Shown one piece after another: positions 35,892 to 49,165 of a stretch of 64,000 nt of DNA; positions within the stretch are counted from its first letter, which is position 1, and every line of letters begins with the position of its first letter. Position numbers and translations under genes: made by a program. The stretch comes from Sphaerodactylus townsendi (taxonomy: Eukaryota): positions 3,100,001-3,164,000 of the forward strand of contig NC_059436.1 of assembly GCF_021028975.2 (NCBI RefSeq), in the 5' to 3' direction. Below the pieces are notes generated by a model. The model was not told the origin of the DNA, did no database searches, and worked only from the letters and a program-made list of their open reading frames with translations.

Positions 35892-37079
35892 TTCTAGAGG
35901 CTTGAGGAAATGTATAGTTGGGTGTCTTCTGCCTATTGATGACACTGTGCTGCAAAACTTTAGATAATCTCATTCTATGTGGTCTTGCACAGAGATTAAA
36001 AAATGCAGGCAATGATAATGAATTTTGCAGATTAAGTCCCACACTACTGGCTTAGACTCATTGTGATGACTTTCTGTATGTAGTTGGTGAAGATAGGCTT
36101 AAATCTTTCTTGCACTTTTAAATTCCTACACACTATTGCAGATAACACAATAAAAGTGTGATCAGCTGTGTTGAAGCTTTCTGAAAGATCATGCTGAATA
36201 ATGATAATGTGCAGAAGTGTAGAATACATCAGGGAAACTTAGATAAATGTCTTTACAAAGCTCCTATAGCGGTGACAATGTAAACATATATTTCAGTGAA
36301 ACATATTTAGTTAAAGTTGTACATGAGAGAGCCATAGGTCTACCAAATCATACGAAGCCTGTATCTTGTTACTGGAGTCCAGTGCAAGCAACCAAGATGG
36401 ATAAAAATTGACTAGGAAATTTGAACTGAATAAAGTCTACATTGGTAATCTTTATTAATCATAAATAATTAAAAGCAATATTAAAAGCCACTTGTACATT
36501 AAAAAAGAAACATGGAAGAGGTCTGATTTTGTAGGATAAGGCTTAGTATTAAAAATGACATCAAGCTCACAAATTGAATGTATTTATTATGAAGGTTCTT
36601 AGTGGATTCAGGGACAAGAACACTAGGATCCAGAACTCATCATTTTGCTTTTATCATTTTGCTTGTTTCCTTTACTCCTGGTTTAAGCTCTCCTTAACAA
36701 GTGTCAACCATAGGCAGGTAAATAAGCCTTCTATTTAAAAAGTGGAGTTGAAAACTTTGCTTTTAGTCCACTCTAGATGCGGCACAGGACACTCTCTGGA
36801 AGCCTGTTGAGCAGAACACACTACTCAGCATATAAAGACAAAAGAGCTAATAAAATATGTGAACTGACATGGAAGAAGTTGAATGAAATTAGTCGAGTTT
36901 AATTCATAATGTTGTTCAGTTGTTCTCAGAATAAATGAAGAAATACTTTTTGTTGTCTTTGCATGTTTTCCTCCAGCTTATCTGACTTTGGTGTTGCTGC
37001 ATATTTCTGCAAGCAAGTGATAAACTTTATGCTAAGTTTAGTTTCAAAGTTTCTGATGTATCCTTTGACTGTTCACCAG

Positions 37080-37260
37080 GCTCCTGGGTAGAACTGCAAA
37101 TGAACGGAAATGGCAACGACAATGGCAATGCGAAAAATGGGGGGCTGGAACATGTTCCTTCTTCATCTTCCATTCATAATGGAGACATGGAGAAAATCCT
37201 TCTAGATGCTCAGCATGAATCAGGGCAGAGCAGTTCAAGGGGTAGTTCTCACTGTGACAG
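37080..37260 (+). CDS. BNIP3L: BNIP3L exon 2 ([14 protein letters not shown]...[26 protein letters not shown]), includes LIR motif WVEL
   Basis: Translation; acceptor caccag|, donor |gtaagg; WVEL at 37085-37096. Confidence 0.97.
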
Positions 37261-37535
37261 GTAAGGCCAAGCTTTGAGTTCTTTAAAGTGCGGTTGTCTT
37301 TTCTTGAATAAAGTGTTGCGAATTAAGTATTTAATTTTACACTACATTAAAATGCTGAGGGGTTTTTGTTGGTTTCTGCAGAAGATCAGAATTGATTTTC
37401 GGTGCAATCCTAAACCAAGTTACTCCATTCTAAGTCCACCGAAGTCATTGATCTTAGACTGGAGTAACACTGCTTAGGATTACCCTATTTGTCTGAATTG
37501 TTTGTGGTGTGTTGAGGATACTTTAGAGTCTAAAG

Positions 37536-37703
37536 CAGTGGTTCTCAACCTTCCTAACAGTTCCTCATGTTGTGGTGACCCCCAACCCTAACATTTATCC
37601 ATTTTACACATGGAGAATACTGATGCAGAGAGTCTTAGGTGACCCCTGTGAAAGGGTTGTTTGACCCCCAAAGGGGTCCCAACCCCCAGGTTGAGAACCA
37701 CTG
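37536..37703 (-). mobile_element. SPIN/URR1-like hAT MITE
   Basis: TIR cagtggttctcaacct; perfect TSD gtctaaag. Confidence 0.88.
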
Positions 37704-38279
37704 GTCTAAAGTTTAGACATTTAGTTGGATCCAGAAATCTTCTGCAGTATTGCAGATCATTGTCATAAAACAGAGTGGGTTGCTCTGTTAAGAAGGGGCC
37801 AAAATCACTCCAGTCAGTACATCTTTGCTGTTAAGACGGTGATTATATCCCTTTCCTCAATTCTGTCCACCAACTCACATGGCTGTTAAGCCAAGTGGAC
37901 CTTGTGACTCCAACAATCAGCTTGGAGGGCAGGGAAGGGGCATAAGTCTGCAACCTCAGTGCCTTCTACTCAGGGATCTCTGAATCCAGTTACACGAGCC
38001 TGGGATAAGGCTTTGTAAAGTTACTTAAAGATCAGCTAATTTAATGTTCTTTTCTTTAAAAATTGTAAAAAGGAGTTTTCTTGAAGCAGGTTCTTTATTT
38101 GAAAATATTAAAGGCAGCAAAACATTGTAGTAAACTAATATTTCACCTATTTATGCTCTGAAGAGGAGGGCATCTTGAAGCTTGGCTGTTCTCCCTAAAG
38201 ATTCCCAGCAGCCAAAATGTTTTGAGGACCACAGTTACCTTTTGAACAGAGACAAAAGCAGTCTCCTTCTGACTTTGAG

Positions 38280-39885
38280 TCTACAGAACCTAGGAGTTAT
38301 CATTGATTCTCAGGAAAACATGTAACCAAAAAGACCCAATTACAAGGTATATAATATTGTGTGTAGGATCAGCCCCATGTGCTCGTCTGCACTCTGGACC
38401 TCTCCAGTGATTCCTCTGTCCCTGCCTGTCAACAGTCATACAAAAAGAGGATAAGAAGTTGATCCTGACAATTTTGGTCAGGCACAGCATGATCTGGTGG
38501 ACCAGGCAGAGTCACTTGGCTCAGGGACAATCCTATATTTGGAATAATACAGTACAGTTTTTCGCAGATGCTAATTTGATCAGCTGGGGAACTTCCCTAT
38601 GAGAACAGCCAGCCCATGGTTTCTGGACAAAGGAAGAAAAGCAACTGAATGTCAATGTCTTGGAACTCAGGGCTATCAAGATGACACTTCTACACTTACA
38701 CTCAACAATCTGCAACCAGCACATTCTCGTCAGGACTGACAGCATTTCAGCTAAGGCCCATATCAACAAACGGGTGATCCAGGTCATTCCCCCTACATTG
38801 GGAAGTAAGGATTCTATTAAGGGCAGAAATGCATCTACAATCAATTTCTATAGAACACATTCAGGGATCACTCAACATGCAATTAGACTGGCTGAAAAGG
38901 TAAATCATGGTTGAGAACAAGTGGTCCTTCAAAAGGGAGACTAGCTGATCACAACAGATTTGGAATTCCAAGGGTGGATTTGTCACGTCAGCCTCCAGTC
39001 ATCTCATACCACAATTTTTAATAGGTATCGTCACCCAGGGGAAAAACTAGTGGATGCACTATGCTTCCCATGGCCACAGGGTCCACCTCTACCAGTTATG
39101 TCAAAGGCACATAAGAAGGTATACCAAAAATAGGCTCTGGTTATCTTTGTTGTCCTGTACTGGTGTCGCAGACCCTGGTTCCCATCTCTGGTGGAACTTT
39201 CAGTGCAATGGTCTTGATGTAATCCTATGAAGTCAGGACATGTTACGACAAGGTCTGGCCTGGCACCCAGAGCCAGAGGTTCCATCTGACCACATGGCTC
39301 TTTAAAAAAAGGGTTGTTGGAACACAATTATGCCCCAGAGGTGACTGAAACCATCATGGCCTCTAGGAAGCTGTCCATCCAATTCATACACAACTTTTGC
39401 AAGATAATGTCAGTACAAGCAGGTTGACTCATTAATGTGTGGTTGGGACAGATACTAGCCTGCCTTCAAGATTGGGTCTTCCAAAAATTGAAGGCATCCA
39501 CACTACTTTATCAGGTGGCGTATATAACGACCATAATTCCACAGGTAGCAGGGGTTCCGTTAATTAAACATCCTCACATGATCTTGTTCTTCAAAGGAAT
39601 GGCACAGACTGACACCCCCACCCCGATCATCCATTGTTTTCCCATCTGGAGACTCTATGTGGTGCATCTGTGCTAACCGATGTGCTAACCTTTCGAACCG
39701 CTAAGATATGGTGCAATTAAGTAGCTCCACACGAAGATTTTCTTGATGGTGGTAACTTCATCCTGAAGGGTTTCAGAGCTGGGAACTCTTTCAGCTAGGA
39801 AAGGTCTCTGTGTTTTCCACAATGATAAGGGGGTACTTTAATTGGACCCTACTTTCATGCCCAAAGTTTCCAAGATTCCATTTTA
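38280..39885 (+). mobile_element. Decayed DIRS1-like tyrosine-recombinase retrotransposon in BNIP3L intron 2 (boundaries approximate)
   Basis: Remnants in order: LGVIIDS (RT end); ADANLISWG...NVLELRAI...VRTDSISAKAHINKR (RNase H); DALCFPWP and YWCRRPWFPSL; HPHMILFFKGM; KIFLMVVTSS*RVSELGTL...FHNDKGVL*LDPTFMPKVS (recombinase). Confidence 0.8.
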
Positions 39886-41130
39886 TCATAGAGTTGGTAG
39901 ACTGCATAGAAGACTGCCTAGACCAACTGTTTATCTTTTCAGTCTGCAAAACTACATCTTTTTCAACTTTTGACCTTTCCCCCTCTTTTGATGAAAGTAA
40001 GCAAGAGGAAAATGTCTAACCTGTGTTTGCAGCGATTGTTCCCTAGATATAATCAGGACAGTTTAATCAAGTATTTGTGCAACAGGCTTGAGGGAAAGCC
40101 ATAAAGACTGTAGTTACAGCTTAGTATGACCTAGGGATAAATTCCTTCTTGATTTTGTATGTGGTGTGAAGCAGAACTCATCCATAACATTGAGTTAGCT
40201 ATCAATTCTGTGACATGCAGTATCTGTCCAAAATTTGTTTGTCATACTTCTAAATCAGAATGTGGTAGTCGAACTGCTTTTTCTATACCTCTTTCTTGTT
40301 AAGATCTTCTGAGCAAGGCATTTACATTTTATGATAATTTTGGAAATAGTTTTTCTGAAAAAGATCATACGTGGCCATGAAATTTCAAATCTGCTAACAT
40401 TATACATTTTAGTAGGGTTTATTTGAAGCTTTTTGGAAATGTCAATATTGACTTGTAAACTATTTTGGGTTAAGTAATTTGTAGGAATATGAAATGGACC
40501 CTTGTGAGGAAGTCAGAAAATACATTATGTCATTTTTTATCTCCTTTGCATCCCGCTTAATGTGCATCTGTTTAATCTAGCTCTTTTATTTCTTCACCTA
40601 ACTCAGAATTGGTTTTCTTAAACTTTTACTAAGGAGGAATGCCAGTAGACTGCCAGCCAGTAGAATTGTGTTTTTAGTTAGTTTACTTTTATACTTTTAT
40701 CCTGATAATGAAACAAAACCATCTCTTGGTGTTTTGTGCTGTTCTGCTTGCAGCAGTCACTGTCTGCGTAGCAGCCAGCCTACAACATTCCTGGGACCTT
40801 CTGATGTGATCTAATGTTTGGTTTGGCAACCTAAGAATGCAACTCTGAGCATTCTTTTCCTAGGAGTCTACCCCAATGTGTACAGTGGGACTGACTTAAG
40901 TAAATATGCATTGGTTTTGCCTATAAACCTAATATCTGCCTTCTTTTTAGCTTCTTCCTTCTATCTTAAAGTACGTACAGCTTTTGGGAGAAGTAGCTTC
41001 AGCAATTACTGAATTTCCTCACCCTTCTAAAATATTTCTCTTTTATAGTTTTTATAAAACTGTAATATACACAGTTTTATATAATCAAGTTGCTTGGTAA
41101 TAATGGTTATTTTAATCACCTTTCTCCTAG

Positions 41131-41203
41131 CCCATCTCCTCAAGAAGATGGACAGATAATGTTTGATGTGGAAATGCATACAAGTAAAGACAATAGTTCT
41201 CAG
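41131..41203 (+). CDS. BNIP3L: BNIP3L exon 3 ([24 protein letters not shown])
   Basis: Translation; acceptor tcctag|, donor |gtatgt. Confidence 0.97.
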
Positions 41204-42929
41204 GTATGTTATTTTTATTTATTTAAAAGAATTCTGTTTCAGTTAAAGATATTTGAATCTGTCCTAAATGTGAGAGTGATTGAAGTAAACGGCTGAACGG
41301 TCTTATCTGCAGAGAGCTGAAATAAGTGGTAAGCTTTTGTTTTAGTAGGTTAGCATAGTCCAGTTTAAAGGTTCTTCTACCTGTGTCCATTTGATCTTGA
41401 AAATGAAGGGTTGTGCATTTTAGAGCTTCTGAATGAATGAAGAGTCATTTTGAGTTGTATGTTTCTTTTTGAGAGATCCTTGTGCTCACATGAACTGGTC
41501 ATCTAAAAAAAAACTCACGAGTTGCCCTTTATAAGTGATGTTCATGCTGTTACCTTGTCAGTAGCTGCTTTAAATATTTTCATGCTTATGGTAGGGGGGA
41601 AATGCTGATGTTTTAGTACTAGCACATTACATTAGAAACTTTGGAGGAAACGAGAGATGTCTTTGTTTTTAAAGTGGTAATGCAAGGCCTTAGGAGCCCT
41701 GAGGTGCAAAGTGATAAGCTGCAGTACTGCAGTCAAAGCTCTGCTGACGACCTGAGTTTGATCCCGATGGAAGTCAGTTTTAGGAGCTGACTCGAGGTTG
41801 ATCTCAGGGGCCAAGTGACTGCCTGCAGCAGCATGTCCCTAGAGGCTTCCCGGCAGCGTGGGGAGACCTGAAAATTGAAAAAGCCTTTCCATCACTGAGG
41901 AGACTTAATAGACTTATGCCACCTTTTTGGTGGCATCAGTCTAAAGCCCCAGCCATGGGTGTAACAGGGCTAATGGCCAGGAGAAAACTAATGTCGGTTC
42001 TGCCCCCATCCTGTCCCCTGTACCCGGTGGCGGCAAGGGTGTGGCCACACATTGGCCGAATCGACCCTCCTCCAGGCCAGGTGCCCTGGGGAGGGCAAAT
42101 CACCAGCACCTCTTCCACAGGGCGATTCGCCCCCACCCTCTTTGGATGGGCCTGTAAGCCTTCCATCTTTCAGAGGTTGGGACCACCTCCAACCCTATCC
42201 GTCAATCCAAGACTTAAGGGTCTGTGATGCCTTCTTTCAGGAACAAGCCTCTACAGAGATTTGGCTGGTGGGAACCTAGGGCAGTCCTTTTTTGTTCTGT
42301 TTCTCTGTAATTTTGGGTTTCCTTCTCTCAGGACTTGAGAACTATTACTTCCCTTAAGACCTTCTGTAAAAGTTTTGAAACCTGTCTTTCCTCAAGGGCC
42401 TTTGATTTAGACTAGTCAATACAAAATAATGCAGTAAGGTAACAACAGGGTAAAGCAAGTATTTGAAGCTGGAATGTATGTGTTTAAATTAATCATGTAA
42501 GGTTGCTCTGAAAATTAGTGTTCAGCTTTTAAAGTATTTTACTTTTAGTGTAATGAATTGGGGGGTTGGGCTTTTGGGGGGGATTTTCAAATGGTTACAC
42601 CAGCTTAGTTTGATTACATTTTTTAGTGATCATGCCTGTTTATAAATATTTCAGTGTGTTTAAGTGATGCTTCTGTTAATCCTTGACATTTAGACACAGG
42701 TTGACCTCAGTAAGCCATGTAGATACACTCGCATCGCTTTCAAATAGATGATAAAATAATTGATGACAGTGGAGTATATTCATTTTGTTTCCCTTTCCTA
42801 TCCTTGACATTTACATCAGTAGCAAAAGTGTGTCAGAACTGTCATCATTCTTTGCTTATCTGCCTGTCAACGTAACTACAAGAAGGAATAGGACAAATGT
42901 TACAGATTGTGTCTCCTGTATATTTTTAG

Positions 42930-43033
42930 TCTGAAGAGGAAGCTGTAGAAGGAGAAAAGGAGGTGGAAGTCTTGAAGAAAAGTGCTGACTGGGTATCTGA
43001 CTGGTCAAGTCGTCCTGAAAACATTCCTCCCAA
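42930..43033 (+). CDS. BNIP3L: BNIP3L exon 4 ([35 protein letters not shown])
   Basis: Translation includes BH3-like LKKSADWV and WSSRPE; acceptor ttttag|, donor |gtgagt. Confidence 0.97.
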
Positions 43034-44269
43034 GTGAGTTGAAATTTGTTCTAATCAATATGCCTTCTCTTATAAGGATTTATATTAGATCATCAAACAT
43101 ACTTTTTGAAAAAGTATTGTTATAAAATGCACTTTTAAGACATGAGTTTTCTTTTTTAGGAAAACATCCTAAATAAGATCTATCTCATAATTGTAGGTGT
43201 TTGATAAAAGCTGATTGCAAGCAACCCTTCTTTTCCATTCTTCAGTCCTATGTATGGGCATCCACTTTCTTATTTGTCTTTTTTAGATTTACATTCATGA
43301 TTCATTTACAGATACTTTTACAAATCCATGAAACTTGGTCCATGAGTCTTAACAGTCTGAGTTACATGGTGGAAATGCTCCTTATAGAATTGCAGCAGAA
43401 CCCATTCTTTCTCTCTGTGCTGTCTGCAGGACAGCCACTGCTCTGTCTGAAACACTGCATTGTAGAAAGGCAGTTTTTTTTAGCAGAAGCCTTCCCTCAC
43501 AGCCCACTTATCCAACTACAGTGCTCCTGGTAAGTGACATCTCACCCAGTGATAGGATCCAGAGAGCACCTGGCATGAGTTTCGTCTGAGAAAGGAGGGA
43601 GACCTTATTTTCTTCAAAACTGCAGCCTGCTGTGACCCAGTCCATTCTATTCCTGAAGTTGTCTCAATCTCATGAGGCTTGCAAGAGGTCACCGGGTTCA
43701 AGGTATTAGGGATCTCAGTGAAAAGAGTTGGGAGGATAGTGCCATTGAAAAAGTGAAATTTCTCTGGATCTCATATGTGATCTGAGATGAGTGAGGCAGG
43801 GCGGGTGGCCTATGTTTGGGGGGAGATTCCTGGCTGTGTAGGAGCATGCACGGCAAGGAATTTTTTGTTCAGTGATAATATGGAATTAGTAGAAAACCGT
43901 GATGCTTGACTTGTTGTGAGCCTTTTTGCAGGGCAGTACTTGGGAAAGCATGTTTTAGCCAGACATACAGGATTTATTGTGGTTTGCCTACTTAACATTG
44001 AACATATAATGTATAAACTTTTATCTCCAAGGAGCTTAGAGTGCTAAAATACCACTGGTTTGCTGAGAGGAGCCAGATGAATAGTTTTGTTTTGAAAAGC
44101 AGCGTTCTCTTCTCAGACCTGCCTATCTTATCAGCTACAGCTGCATTGACATTTAAATGAATGGTCTTTCACTAATGCTCCACTTGCTTCCTAACCCTTA
44201 GCTTTTGGGGTGATTTTAATTATCTGAATTCAGTATCTTTTGAGTTGCCATCCATTTTGTTTTGTTCAG

Positions 44270-44419
44270 GGAGTTTCACTTCAGACATCCTAAACGAGCA
44301 GTATCTTTAAGTATGCGGAAGAGTGGAGCCATGAAGAAAGGTGGCATTTTCTCAGCTGAGTTCCTAAAGGTTTTCATACCATCTCTGTTCATATCTCATG
44401 TTTTGGCTTTGGGACTAGG
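44270..44419 (+). CDS. BNIP3L: BNIP3L exon 5 ([50 protein letters not shown])
   Basis: Translation includes the transmembrane SHxxAxxxG dimer motif; acceptor gttcag|, donor |gtaagt. Confidence 0.97.
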
Positions 44420-45314
44420 GTAAGTACCAGTACAAATATCAGTGGTTGGGTGAATGGGGATATTTCAACAGATCTTTGTGAATTAGGGAGTAAAAATCCC
44501 TTTTAATGTTTCCATGAAAAATCCAGTCAACTGTGTTGAAGGTTTGGTGAAACAATGTAATCGTGCAAGGCAGTGCTATAATTTCATACATAGTGTTCAA
44601 ATTCCAGAGTAAACACCTGGAATGATGATACCACCTAGACCGCCTGAAGGAAGGGTGAGATAAGATCAATAAAATTAGTGAAGTATAATGAAATCAAACC
44701 AGAATGGGGGGGGGGGGAGAACTGTCGCTGATATGTTTTCAGAACATGCTGTTGCTCAGCAGTATTATTCATCTCTTAATTAAAACTGTGTGTAAACAAA
44801 ATCTCAGGCATACATTGCTGATAATTAAGCAACTTGCAGACAATCTTGTGACCAGCTGGCTATCACTGCACCTTTGGGGATAATTTGACTCCTTTGAGTT
44901 GCTTTGAAAATCAGTGGTGTAATTGTACATTTTGTCTTAATAAAATTCTGAGTCTGATTATCTTTTATATATATATATCATGAATGGTGCTAATAAGGCC
45001 TTTGCATACTATCAGAAACCATGAACTGTGGACGTCAGTGGAACTTGGTTCAGACTATAGTTCCGCACTATGTAAATAAGCTGTGGTTTGTTTGCATAAT
45101 CCCCCACAACCTTTCACACAAGAGTTGTAATTAGTTGTAATCACATTTTGCTGTCATAATTGGCAAACCATGGTTTGGCCTTGCCCAGTTTACCAGGACT
45201 TAAAATTAAGAACTATCTGTGTTGGAAATGCTGATTTGTGGGTCAAGGATAAACTACTTTTATAGGTTAGTTATAATGGTAAATTGGTTTGCTGCAGGTG
45301 ACTAATTATATTAG

Positions 45315-45510
45315 TCTAATGGTTAAGAATAGCAGACTGTAATCTGGAGAACCAGGATCGAATTCCCACTCTTCCACATGAACTGTTGGGTGACCTTGAG
45401 CCAGTCACACTTCTCTCAAAACTCAGTCCACAGCGAGGCAGGCAGTGGCAAAGCACCTCTGAATGTCTCTTGTCTTGAAAGCCCTTATGGATCACCATAA
45501 GTCTTGATTT
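45315..45510 (+). mobile_element. tRNA-head SINE with Sauria/BovB-like tail
   Basis: Head similar to the 11041 SINE; tail gcagtggcaaagcacctctgaatgtctcttgtcttgaaa. Confidence 0.6.
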
Positions 45511-45728
45511 GATGGGGTGCACGCGCCGACCTGTGAGGAGAGAACTGATTGTTCAATTGAGTACTTGGCTTGTTCTAATAATGCCAGGTCATGGCATTGT
45601 GTCTGAACCATTCCCAAATACATTCTTTCTCATTGTTTGCTCTGTGTTCAGAGATGGGTTCCTAGTAGTTATACTGTTAACATGCTTTGTGTTTCTATGC
45701 TATTAACACGCTTTGTGTTTCTTTTCAG

Positions 45729-45777
45729 CATCTACATTGGAAAACGGCTGACTGCACCTTCAGCTAGCACATATTGA
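45729..45777 (+). CDS. BNIP3L: BNIP3L last coding exon (IYIGKRLTAPSASTY*)
   Basis: Translation; acceptor tttcag|. Six exons sum to 642 nt = 213 aa plus stop. Confidence 0.97.
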
Positions 45778-48295
45778 AAGAAGCAGTGCACAAACCCTGG
45801 AGATCCTTGTGATATGTGAAGGTGTTGATGTCACACTAGTACATTTGAACTTGACAATTTTGAGCATGACCCTTCCTAGCCTCCACCTTGTCTTTACATA
45901 TCCAGGTTCCAGTAACTCTTGGAATTCAGTATTGTATCAGAACTCTGTGGGGGGTATTTCACTAGTTTCCCCTCTCCCTTTTCCCAGCCCATTCCCCCAC
46001 CCTGCAAGACACATCAGAATTGCCTAACAGAGTTTACAAATGCCTATACGTTGCAAGGGCTTCTTTCAGTGCAAAATGCCACCAGCAAATTATAATTTTA
46101 TCAATGAAAGCTGTTGTCTCTTTACTGCAGCAAGGAGTAATCTGCACAGTGTATGAGTGAACTGTTTATAATAATCTTCTCTTTAAAAAAAACATTAAAA
46201 ATTAACTGAAGTTGGTTTTAAAACAAAGTTATTGGTAGTTTTAAAATGTAGCTTATTCTAAAACTTTTGGCTAAATGCCAAAAAAATGCCTCCTTCAAAC
46301 CTATGGAGGCAAAAACTGCATAAAAATCAAAGCAGAATAAACATGGATTCATCAGCAACTTTTAATACTGAATAATTGTCATTATCTTGTCTTTTCTATG
46401 AAGTAGTGAGTTTCTTTCAGGTTAAAAAAACCCCTTTCCAACATCTAGAGATTCTTTTAAAAAAGGATCACTTTCTTTGCATGTGAAGAAGCTTTTTATT
46501 ATTCCTTAGAATTTTATTTAATGAACGTTTTCCTTTTAAAAGTAGTTTGACTTGAAGTATTTCTTGAAGTATTTAGGCTCCATGTAAAAGGAGATTCTGC
46601 TTACTATGGAACCACATACAATTTATGAAGAGATGGTTGTTTCAGCAGCTACTGAGGGATCATTCCTGGAAATAGTCTTATAGTTATGTAAAACAATTGT
46701 ACAAAGCTCTGAAATGAGATTCATTATTGCCATTTTTCATGGTTCACTGTTGAATCTCCCTTGGAGATACCTTGAGATCCTAAGGTTCTTAGTGACATCT
46801 TGTATAGCTAGGTAGAAATTTCGCTAATGGGAACACTCAGCTTTGCCCCACCTTTCAGAGCCTTTTTTTTCCTCAGAATGTGATGGCTTTTGCTCCAAAT
46901 TGCTTCAGAGCAAATGGAGATCCCTAAGTAGATTTGTACTGGATTTTGAAACATGTAGCGTATCTCTAAAGGATTAGAATGATGTTTTATATATAAATAA
47001 TAGACTTTAATACTGCATATTTAGAGAACCATTATTAATATTAAAATTAGCACAATGCCATTGAACTAGAATGCATTAGACTTGCAGGTAAAAGGTGGCA
47101 TTCCAGTGGAAACAAATAACTAATGTTTCTGTTTTAATCAGATATCTGAAAGCTGTGGGGGGAGAGGGCTTGACAGTGTAAGCATAGTGGCTAACGGCTA
47201 GTTGAAACAGGTAAAGTTTGTAAAACAGAAGTCATAAACAGGAAATCCATTTCAAAAGTTTATGGGTGTGTTTAATCTTTGATTATGGCAACACTTAAAA
47301 GTCTAGTAACATCTGGGTTTTCCACCTTCTGTTTGGAACAGTAGCCTTTGTATTGCTTGCAGCTATGTATTTATTTTCTGTGTGGTTATTGGAATGGTTT
47401 TGAGGTGATTTCAACACAGTGAGGATGTGTTTTTAAAAAAGAAAATCAAACTATAGCAAACCCAAGTGAAGCTAAGAGTCTGATTTCTTATTCAACACTA
47501 TTGTACATCCTTTTGCAAAGAAAAAGTGGAATGTGGAAATGTATATGAAATTGGGAACATGGTTGTTAAAAAAATAAAACTTCACACCTTTCCAAATTAC
47601 TTGATTGACCTGCAAAATGCTGTGTGAGAACACTAATGTATCTACCTGCTTACGACTATACCTTAATATTTCGGATGGCAGTGAGATTGCAATTACTGGA
47701 GGGGGAAATGCCATTGGCCTTTGAATACCTGATCACTGTTGAGCATGTTGTCATGAAATAATACAAAACAGTATTTTCTGAGAAATGACCGTAAGCTTGG
47801 AATGAAAGACCATGACTTTTTGTAATACTATGAAATGGACCAGGTTGTTATGTAAACTTGAGCAGGGCAATCTACTATAAAGCTTTGTTAAGATAAACCT
47901 TGTTAAATAGCTTTATACCTGTTTACAGTTTTGGGTGGAAATGCAAGCCTTGTTTCGATATGTTGAGAGGTGGAGAAACTGGCTTGAAATATTTGTACAT
48001 AGGATCAAGCAATGCATAAACTCGCACATTAAGGAAAACAGCAGACTGAACTCGGGCGGGGGCAGGGGGAGGTAGTGGAATCCTTATTAACTTCTAAAAA
48101 GTGAAAACTGATACTCTGGATATCACTTTTTTTTCCAAAAAGAGACATTGCTGAAATTATTGGACTTAACTGAGCCAAAGTGATTATGCATTCTTCATAT
48201 TTAGTTAGCACTTTGTAACATTATATACAGTTTACAGTACATGTATAAGTTGTAGCTATGAACATTTTGTGCCATTAAAGCTGTCACAAAAACTG
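45778..48295 (+). other. BNIP3L: BNIP3L long 3' UTR; candidate polyA signals AATAAA 47573 and ATTAAA 48274 (end approximate)
   Basis: AT-rich stretch of about 2.5 kb with no recognisable repeats after the stop, ending near an ATTAAA. Confidence 0.65.
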
Positions 48296-48633
48296 GTTCT
48301 GCTGCCTTCTTATTGCCATTCACTTTACGGAGGATTTGCAGAAGAGCCCCTTCACATATTAAATTTTTGATGTGTCTAAAAATGTAAAAATTAGCTTATG
48401 TGACAAATATGTGAATACACCATATAGATACACCTCAGGGAGCAATCTCATACTGCTCCTTGTTTACTCTTAATGTTCACTGCTCCATAACGTATAAAAC
48501 CCTGGTATTCTGGGTTAAAGGAATCTGAAATCCAACTTGCAGTAGAATACATTAAATTAAATATATTGCATATGCGGATTGAGTTGATACAATTTTTTAA
48601 AAAGCATCACTAAATAATGTTCTTAAAAATTCA

Positions 48634-49165
48634 GGCCGTTTCTGCACGGCCACGCTTGGGTGCGTTGGCATATAAGACGCCAATGCGCCCCCCCCCCCCC
48701 CGGACCATTCGCACGAACAGTCCTGGGAGGGGCGGGGAAGACGGCGCAGCGCTGTGCCGTCGCCCGAACGCCTTACCTTCCCTCCAACCTTCTGGCGTGT
48801 CGCCCAGGCCAGGGGATACGCCCCCCCGCCCTGCACGACAGGGAGTCGACAGGGAGCGTGACGGAGTCGCAGGGCAGGGGGGCGTGTCCCCAGGCCTGGG
48901 CGACGCACTGGAAGGTCAGAGGGAAGGGAAGGCGTTTGGGAAGGGGGGGGGTAATGGCGCCTTCCAGCTGCTGCCATTCGCACGGCAGCATTTGGAAGCT
49001 GCTGTTTCTGAAAACCTCGCCCAGGGAGCGAGGTTCAGAAACAGCGGCTTCGCACCACTCAGGGGTTGCGAGGCCGCACAACAGCGGCGCCCATGCGAAC
49101 CCCTCCCCAGGGACGCTGTTTTTAGCATCCCTGGGTCGCTGTATTCCATCCGTGTGGAAACAGCC
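48634..49165. mobile_element. CpG-rich PIF/Harbinger-like MITE
   Basis: TIR ggccgtttctgcacgg / ccgtgtggaaacagcc (13/16); 3-bp flanks tca/tta; abrupt GC/CpG block. Confidence 0.7.

Noticed and set aside
37058-37069. GTATCCTTT U12-donor-like motif just before BNIP3L exon 2
   Set aside because: It sits in the acceptor region of an intron with a U2 donor (gtgagt) and has no evident partner exon; probably chance.
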